Part shown: in pieces, positions 55,873 through 64,000 of the stretch | Position numbering within the stretch: position 1 is the first letter of the stretch | Layout: the number at the start of each line of letters is the position of its first letter | NCBI GenBank assembly: GCA_964019335.1 | Contig: OZ025682.1 | Coordinates: 124,001-188,000 of the forward strand | DNA length: 64,000 bases | Origin: Diplonema japonicum | Lineage: Eukaryota > Protista > Euglenozoa: Diplonemea | Direction of reading: 5' to 3' | The notes under the pieces: generated by a model | Seen by the model: only the letters and a program-made list of their open reading frames with translations | The model's database searches: none | What the model was told of the DNA's origin: nothing | Position numbers and translations under genes: made by a program

Positions 55873-57768
55873 ATGTATCTCAGGGGGAGATTCTTCCAGC
55901 TCAGAAAGTTCCGGAAAGTGTATGACCTGGTACCGGTGGCGGGAGGCGAGGGGGAACTGGGACCGAAAGAGATCGTTGGTATTCTTGATAATTACGTGAT
56001 CGGGCAGCCGGGTGCGAAAAAAGAGGTATCCGTGGCGATCCGAGAACGATGGAGGCGGCTGCAGCTTCCAGATGAAAAAGCAGTCGAGATAACACCGAAA
56101 AACATCCTCGTGAGCGGCCCAAGCGGGTGCGGTAAAACAGAAATCATCAGAAGAGTTTCAAAGCTCCTCCACGCTCCCTTTGTAAAGGTCGATGCAAGCA
56201 CCTTCACTCGCAGAGGTGTGGTGGGAGCCAACGTCACCGATATGGTGGTAGACCTATACGATTCAGCAGAGGACCAATGCAAGGAATTCTACTCGAAATC
56301 TGTGAAAAACATCGCGCGAAGCGCAGCAGAAGATCTCATCCACCATTGCCTGTACAAAGATCTGAAAGACCAGATCGCAAAGTCCAAGGAAGAGTCAGAA
56401 CCGGCTACACCACAACAACCACAACAACAACAACAGCAAACCGAGACCATTTTCCACAAGCTTCCTCCAGCGGGGACTTCATCCAGCGGCCCAATCTCTT
56501 TAGGCGGGCTGGAGCGTGCGATAGGGGATCTGTTGAAGAAGCAAAACGGCAACAAGAGCGATTCTTCTGCCATCCACGAGGTTGTAGTCTACAACAAGTA
56601 CGACGGTTCTTCTCAGGAAACGGACAACGCAAAGCCCGACGTCAAGGGGAACAACTTCGCTGAGCTGCTTGAGATGTCTTACACAGAGTTGGGTAGCCTC
56701 GATGATGCGGTTTTGCAGGATATGGTTAGAAAGCTAATGGTCACCCTTGAGGGCAAGACTGGTCCTAAGACGCCACGATTCCACCTTCCAATCCTCAAGG
56801 GGAACATCCATATCGAGCCGACCGACGCTTCAGAGGAGCAAGTCACGATCTCTTTGGCAAAATCGCAGGAAAAATCAAGCTTACCGCAAATCCTTCTATC
56901 CTCCGGTATGGGCATTCTTGGGGACGTGGGTGGCAACCCGTCTGAAGGTGCCGCCACCGACTCCGGATCCGTTAAAGACCTTCTTAAATGGTGGGAAGGC
57001 CGTGTGCTGGACGCACTTGGTTCATACCGCTTCTCTTCAGGCCGTTCTCCTGTAAAAGAACTCGTTGAAAAATGGGGCATTGTCTGCATTGATGAGATAG
57101 ACAAAGTTGTAGGGAAGAAAGGATCGTCAGGAGGACAGGACGGATGGATGAACACCGACGTGCAACAGGAACTCCTGACCTTGATCGAAGGAACGAAAGT
57201 AAACATTGAAAGCGCCAGGTCGCTGAAAAGCGGTGGCGGCCTATCCGTCTTGAAGATGGGCGGGCAACAAGAACGACTGGTCATCGACACAACCCACATT
57301 CTATTTGTCTGCGCTGGTGCTTTTACACTGTGCAAACCCAAGGTATGTAAAACTTCTCAAAAAAAAAATTGAGGGAACAAAAAGGATATGCTCGTTGAGC
57401 TTCTCGGCCGACTTCCTGTGAGGGTGACCATCAACTCATTAACTGAGGAGGACCTGTACCAGATATTGACGAACACGAAATACCCTATGATCCAGCAACA
57501 GTCCGACCTGTTCACCACGGAGGGCGTCACCCTTTGTTGGGATGACGATGCGGTGCGTGAGATTGCGAAGATCGCCTGGAACCTCAACAACGAGACAGAG
57601 AACACGGGTGCGCGAATCCTGAACTCTATTCTCCGTGCTGTTCTCTCTGACTTCAGCTACCACGCTTCTGACAGAAAGGGCGAGTCCATCACAGTCACAA
57701 AAGACCACGTTCGAGAGTCCACGAAAAAACTCTTCCCCCCTGAAAAACTCGAGACCTATGTACTTTAA
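55873..57768 (+). CDS. hslU: HslU/ClpY-like AAA+ ATPase, probably mitochondrial, 2 exons
   Basis: PKEIV..LD.YVIGQ..AKK, ITPKNIL, Walker A GPSGCGKT, Walker B IDEIDK, HILFVCAGAF, GRLPVRV, GAR; intron 57343-57384; Arg-rich presequence-like N-terminus. Confidence 0.9.
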
Positions 57769-57792
57769 GTAAGTGTAGTGAACAGAGGGGGG

Positions 57793-57824
<32 letters not shown>

Positions 57825-58255
57825 GAGTGTTTCCATTTCTTCCTCCGTACACTATTCTTTTTTATTGTTATTATTATTATCATCGTGATTCTGTTGTCAT
57901 AGGGGACACCTCTATTGCTCCATGGTTTCGTCTCTCATCTTTTGTTTGAGGACGAGACCTCTTTTCGCTGACATGTCATGGGTGTCTTCAGTACCTTTTG
58001 TACCGTCACTCCGGATCCTTTCAACGCCCCCGCCGGGCCTGAAACCCCATTTGTGCCTTTCCTTTTACCTTGTTTCGTCGGTGTTCCTATTTTCTTGGGA
58101 AAAGGTGGCTTGGGAAAAAAAAAAAAAAAAAAAAGAAAGGAACCATATTATTAACCCTTCATTTAACAGGAGAAGGGGGAGAAAAGTAAATACAAAAAGG
58201 ACAAAAAAAAAAAAAAAACAACTTTTATTTTTGTACTCCGTAGTGGTTTCCAAGG

Positions 58256-60152
58256 ATGCCGCATGAACCAGAGCCCCCTAAGAAGCAGCCTAGCGAGCTG
58301 GAAAAGAATTCGCTGAACAAGGGTGAGCAGGCGGAGGGGAAGAAGCTCGTGCCGAAGGGTGGGCCACGTGCGCAGCTCACGGACGATGTGAAGTACCGGC
58401 AGTCGGCGCAGGAGTTGAGCGAGCTGCACATGTTCCTTGTAGACGGTGAGTTCGCTGGGGACAAGTACCCCCCCAAGAGTCGTATGTCCTTGCCCCCACC
58501 CCCTGAACACCTTTGCCACAGACCCTGACTTCAACCATGAGATCGACCTCCGGGCCGGAAACCCCAACTACCTTGACATTGAGAACCCCGAGCAGTCTGG
58601 TGGTCTGACAGATGACCAGAGGGCAAAGATGACTGAGCTGTACGGGCCGAACGCCCTGACCCCCCCGCAGCAGGACCCTGAGTGGTTGAAGTTCTTGATG
58701 CAGTTCACCGGGTTCTTCGCCCTTCTGCTGTTGGGTGGTGGTCTGCTTTGTATGATTGCCTTTGCAGTAGACCCTGCGGGCAGAGAGAACGTATGCGAAC
58801 ACACACACACACACACACACGCAACACACATGCAACAATATTATTATTATTTTCACAGCTTTTCCTTGGTCTGGTGTTGTTCATCGTGGTGATCATCACA
58901 TCCGTCTTCACCTACCAGCAAGAGGCAGCGTCCGCGAAGATGATGGAGAAGTTCAAGGCGCTCGGGGAGTGCAAGAGCAGGGTGGTCATTGGGGGCTCGC
59001 TGTCGGAGATTGACTCGAGCTCCATCGTGCCCGGGGACATCTTGAACATCAAGCTCGGGGACAAGATTCCTTGCGATTGCCGTGTGCTGCAGGCGATCGG
59101 TGACTTCGCGGTGGTGGAGGCGTCGCTGACCGGTGAGCCGAACGCGATCAAGAAGACGAACAAGCTGTCTGAGATCCCTGATGAGCCGGCCCTGAGGCAG
59201 AAAAACATCGTGATGAACGGGACGGAGATCAACATCGGTGAGGCGTGGTGCATGGCCGTGGCGACGGGAGACCAGAACGTGATGGGGAGGAACTACAGGA
59301 TGATGTTGCAGGCGAAGGAGATGAAGGAGGACTCGCCGATCAGGCAGGAGATCGACCGTTTCGTGGAGATCGTGTCTGCGATCGCTGTGTTCCTCGGTGT
59401 GCTGTTCTTCATCATCCTGGTGGTGACGCAGGGGCTCACCATCAACGCTATCGTCTTCACCATCGGTATCATTGTGGCGAACGTGCCTGAGGGGCTGCTC
59501 GCGACGGTGACGGTGGCTCTTGCTCTGACGGCAGCGAGGATGAAGGACGTGATGGTGTTGGTGAAGAACTTGGAGGCTGTGGAGACGCTGGGGTCGACCT
59601 CGGTGATCTGCAGTGACAAGACGGGGACGCTGACGATGAACAAGATGACTGCCGTGCGTGCCTACGTCGGGGGCCAGATGATGACGACGCACCCTATCGA
59701 GACAGCGGCCTGGGGCGTGTCCCCTCCCGGGGGTGGCGGCGTCATCTACGAGGAGCTCATGAAGTGCGCAGCCTTCTGCGGAAGCGCGAGGTTCAAGGCA
59801 CCGGAGGACCAGAAGGGCGGCGGTGGTATTGTTGCGATGCCGTGGGAGAAGATTCCGTGGACGGAGAGGGAGCACGTCGAGGGTGACGCCTCCGAGAGGG
59901 CAATCCTCATCTTCAACGAGCAGAGACTTGCCGCCTTCGACAACAACGGTGTGACCGGTGTGAAGGGTGACGAGAGGGACCCCAGCGCCACCACGAACTC
60001 CTTCCTTCCCGTTGACATCGACACCATGCAGAAGTGCCTCCTCCCCAAGAAGAACCAGCCCGACATGACATGGAGTCTCTCCGAAGCGAAGCAGCACTCC
60101 TCCCGTGTTGCTGCTTCCAGGCTTACCTACGAGGTGTGAAGAAAAACAACAC

Positions 60153-60201
<49 letters not shown>

Positions 60202-62145
60202 CGTGCACAAGCTCCCCTTCAACTCCAAGAACAAGTGGATGGCTGTCACCACCGACATGAGGAAGCTCGCGAAGAACGATACCGACGAGAAGTTCGTGAC
60301 CTGGATCAAGGGTGGGTCCGACGTCGTCTTCGACTTCTGCACGCACACCGTCACCGCCGGGCAGGTCACCGAGCTCTCCGCTGCGGACAAGGCTGGTTTC
60401 GCCGAGGCAAACGCTGAGCTTGCCTCAAACGGTCTCCGTGTCTTTGCCTTCGCGAAGGTTGCCTACGACTCCTTGAACCACTTGAAGGAGGGCGACGTAT
60501 GACATCATCAATTGCACACGCCACACATCATCCACACAACACAACACAGTCCATCGACGACATTGACTCCTACTTCGGGGACACGATGTTCCAGCCTGAC
60601 AACTGGCAGGCGGGTGAAACGGTACGGAAGAAAACAATAACAACAACAACAACAACAACAACAATAATAATATACAAACACAGAACGAGGAAGGGAAGGC
60701 GATGGAGGCAGGGAAGCCCAAGCCCATCACCGTGCAGGGGAGGCCGCAGATCCCTCTTGTGAGGCCCGACATCGCAAGGGCAAGGATGGACAGCGGGGCT
60801 GCTGGAAACTACTTCGAGCCGAAGGTTGTGTTCCTGGGTCTGCTCGCTCTGCAGGACCCCCCCCGTCCCGCTGTGCCGCACGCTGTCGCCATCTGCCGTC
60901 AGGCCTCGATCGGTGTTGTGATGGTGACCGGTGACCAGCCCCAGACGGCTGCGGCCATCGCCCGTGACATCGGGATCATCACCAAGGTCGGGAGGACTGA
61001 GGACGACGTCATCATCCAGAAGCTGCTCTGTATGTGAGAGAAGAAGAGGAAGAAAACAAGCAATCACTTTCATTTCACAGCCGAGCCCGGGAAGACCCGT
61101 GCCGACTTCAAGGACAACAGGGAGCGCATCTTGAACTCCCTGAAGGCCGAGGAGAAAGAGGCCATCACCGCCATGGCCGTCGAGGGGACCAGGATTGCGG
61201 TATGTTGTCTTTTTTGTCTTTTTCTTTTTTTTTCGTTTCTTCGTACCCCCACCCGACAGACATGGAACCCGAAGCAAATGGACGGGAACTGGAAGAGGGC
61301 TCTGGAGTTCACATGGAAGCAGGGTCTCGTGTTTGCCCGTACCTCGCCCACGCAGAAGCTGCTGATCGTGCAGCACTTCAAGATCAAGGAGACTGAGGGT
61401 GGGCCGGAGAAGATCGTTGCCGTGACCGGCGACGGTGTGAACGACGCCCAGGCTGTGACTGCTGCCGACATTGGTGTGTACATAGGGGGAAGGGGACCAG
61501 CACCGGACACACAGGTATCTGCATGGGTATCGCGGGCATGGACGTGACGAAGGAGGCTGCTGACATGATTCTCATGAACGACAACTTCGCATCGATCGTG
61601 GACGGTATGCATCACCACTGCCACCCACAACCACAGGTGTCCTTGAGGGCCGTCTCATCTTCGACAACTTGAAGAAGTCCATCGCCTACACCCTGTCGTC
61701 GAACATCCCTGAGATCAGTCCCTTCATCGTGTTCATCCTGCTGGGGATCCCCACCCCTCTTACCACTGTGCTCATTCTCTGCATCGATCTTGGCACTGAC
61801 ATGGTCCCCGCCATCTCTCTTGCGTATGCCGCCATCACAACAACAACAACAACAACAACAACAACACCCACCACAGCTACGAGACGAAGGAGAGGGACAT
61901 CATGAAGCGTGCTCCCCGTACGAAGCACGACAACCTTGTGACCGAGCGTCTGATCTCCTTCTCGTACTTCCAGATCGGTGTGATCCAGGCCCTTGCCGGG
62001 TTCTACTGCTACATGGTTGTGTTCTACACAGAGGGCATCCCCCCCAACCTCCTCCCCTTCCACGGCGAGCAGCAGAACTACTTCGTCCCCGGCGGGTTCC
62101 CTCTTGGGGTATGCGGCAAAAAGCAACACGGGGGATAATAAGTAA

Positions 62146-62182
<37 letters not shown>

Positions 62183-62596
62183 GCTTCTCTGTGAACGAGT
62201 GCATTGAGATGCTGGGCAAGGCGCAGACCGCATTCTGGGTGTCGATTGTGATTGTGCAGTGGGGTGACATTCTGATCTGCAAGACCCGTAAGCTGTCGCT
62301 GTTTGACCAGGGCATGAAGTATGTAGACGGGAAGTTGCCCCCCCTTTTTTTTTTATCCACCTTTTCTCCACAGGAACGACCAGCTGAACTTCGGTCTGTT
62401 CTTCGAGACTGCGCTCGCCTGTGTTCTGGTGTACATCCCTGGTGTGAGGGCGGTCTTCGGTATCAAGAGACTGAGGTTCATCTACTGGCTGCCCGCCATC
62501 CCCTTCTCCATCTTCATCGTCACATACGACGAGCTTAGGAAGTGGCTCATCAGGAACTACCCTGGTGGCTGGCTCGAGAGGAAGACTTACTGGTAG
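58256..62596 (+). CDS. P2C-type (Na+/K+-ATPase alpha-like) ATPase 2, 13 exons
   Basis: Same motifs, C-terminus [10 protein letters not shown]. Introns: 58482-58521, 58791-58858, 60134-60199, 60497-60549, 60622-60683, 61030-61080, 61200-61259, 61474-61514, 61605-61636, 61824-61876, 62109-62181, 62319-62373. Confidence 0.92.
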
Positions 62597-63737
62597 GTGT
62601 AAACCCGATTTTTTTTTTTTTTTTTTTTTTTTTCCATTGTATTTTCTTTTTTTTTTTGTTCCTTCCCATACCCCCCAACCCTCATTTTTTTTTTCTGCGG
62701 GAAAAATAAAGACTTTCTCCCCCCCTCCCACTCCTCCATTTTATGTTCTCGTTCGCCCACTACTCAGTTGCGAACCTATACCTTATTTCCATGCTTTTAC
62801 TGCTCCTATGGCGGGTCTGGTATTTAGTATTATTTTCCCAAGTCTCTCACAGCCTCTCCCCCCCTTTTTTTTTCCTTCCTCTTTCCATTTATTTTCTTTT
62901 TCACCCACCCCACCCACCCTCTTTATAGACTTTTACCCAAAAAGGAGGGACAGCTTCCACACCAATCCGTTGATACCAAAGAAAAAAGAAAAAAAGACCC
63001 CCCCCCACCTTCGAAAGAAACAAAATCACTTTTTTTTTAAAGGGAAAAACAAAAAGAAACTAGTTCTCCAATTTAATTTCAGGTCCACTTTCACCCATAT
63101 ATATTTTTCTTTTTCTTTTTTTTTTGACTGTAAAAACAACTCCGAAAACTACAGACGGATGAGGGGAGAAAAAAAAAAGAAAAAAGACGAAAAAGGGGGT
63201 TATGGTGCGCCTGCCCCTTTTTTATTTTTATTTTTTTTATTTCCCCTCTCTCGCCTTCTTTTCAACCCCCCTTCTACCCTTTTCCCTTATTCCCCTTTTT
63301 ATGTACCTGCGGTGTGGTCGCCCCCTCCTTTTTGTGTTCCTTCATTTCCCCTTATCCCGCCAGAGGCAGTGTGACAACAAGAAAAAAAGGGACTTCTTAA
63401 AAATAGGATTGACTTGTATTTTTAGCCCCCCCCCATGAAAGAAAAAAGGAGGTAACCAACAACAACATTATGCCGGAAAAAAAAAAAAGAACCGCTGCAG
63501 ACCCTGCTCTGCCACCATTTCCCGAGCCCCCCTTACCCCCCCCTCGTTTTTGTTTTTGTTTTATAACCCGCTTTTTTATTTTTCCTGTTTCCCTTCCTTT
63601 TTCTTTTTTTCATGTGTCTTTTTTATTCTATTTTCTCTCTTTTTTTTTTTCCGTTGAGAAACCTGTGTCACAACACCCAAAACAAAAAGGAACCTCTTTC
63701 TTCACAAAACCAAAACAACAACAAAAACAAAAACAAA

Positions 63738-64000
63738 ATGTCAAAGACCTCACTTATGGTGTTGATGCTGGCAGGAGCGGCGCAGGGATTCGGAGGGTGG
63801 CACCGCCGCCACATCGAGTTCACGACTTTCGCTGACGGGCGCCCCGACGGGGGGATCAGGCAGAGCGCTGACGTGGAAGACGGGTTGGACTCCCCTGGGG
63901 ACATCTTCGTCTTCGACCAGAAGCTCCTTGCGGACGACTCGTGCAAGACTGTGATCGGGAGGAATGCTGGGTACTGCATCAGGACGGACCCCGGGAAGCC
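63738..64000 (+). CDS. Dirigent / AOC-like protein, copy 3 (runs off window)
   Basis: Visible coding part is identical to 47318-47580; the upstream 70 bp also match closely. Confidence 0.88.
   Translation, partial: MSKTSLMVLMLAGAAQGFGGWHRRHIEFTTFADGRPDGGIRQSADVEDGLDSPGDIFVFDQKLLADDSCKTVIGRNAGYCIRTDPGK

Noticed and set aside
62565-63374. 269-aa ORF and the many other poly-F/poly-K ORFs
   Set aside because: They are translations of homopolymer-rich intergenic DNA.
1-64000. tRNA or rRNA genes
   Set aside because: No cloverleaf or rRNA-like segment was recognised by eye; tRNAscan-SE or Infernal would be needed to exclude them.

Overview
This is eukaryotic DNA with long intergenic homopolymer tracts. 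Every intact gene is on the + strand and the GT-AG introns are tiny (32-94 nt). That layout suggests a euglenozoan, probably a diplonemid (inference only). About 1-38.5 kb is an accessory region: a tandem array of 13 apparently intact paralogues (the first cut by the window edge) plus one truncated copy. Each encodes a SnoaL/NTF2-like domain, an acidic/Gln linker, a C-x-H-x16-C-x2-C zinc module and a CCCH zinc finger. Several copies are followed by a conserved, covarying RNA hairpin that displays (GA)UACUAACCCG in an asymmetric loop. The array region is invaded by two decayed APE-RT LINEs, pogo-, piggyBac- and hAT-like derivatives and a Crypton-like tyrosine recombinase remnant; a Mutator derivative follows at 40-41 kb. 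About 41-64 kb is gene-dense. It holds two GSTs, a secreted Cys-rich repeat protein, three dirigent/AOC-like genes, an SP-RING protein, two 13-exon P2C (Na+/K+-type) ATPases and a divergent HslU. All calls come from reading motifs by eye; no searches were run.
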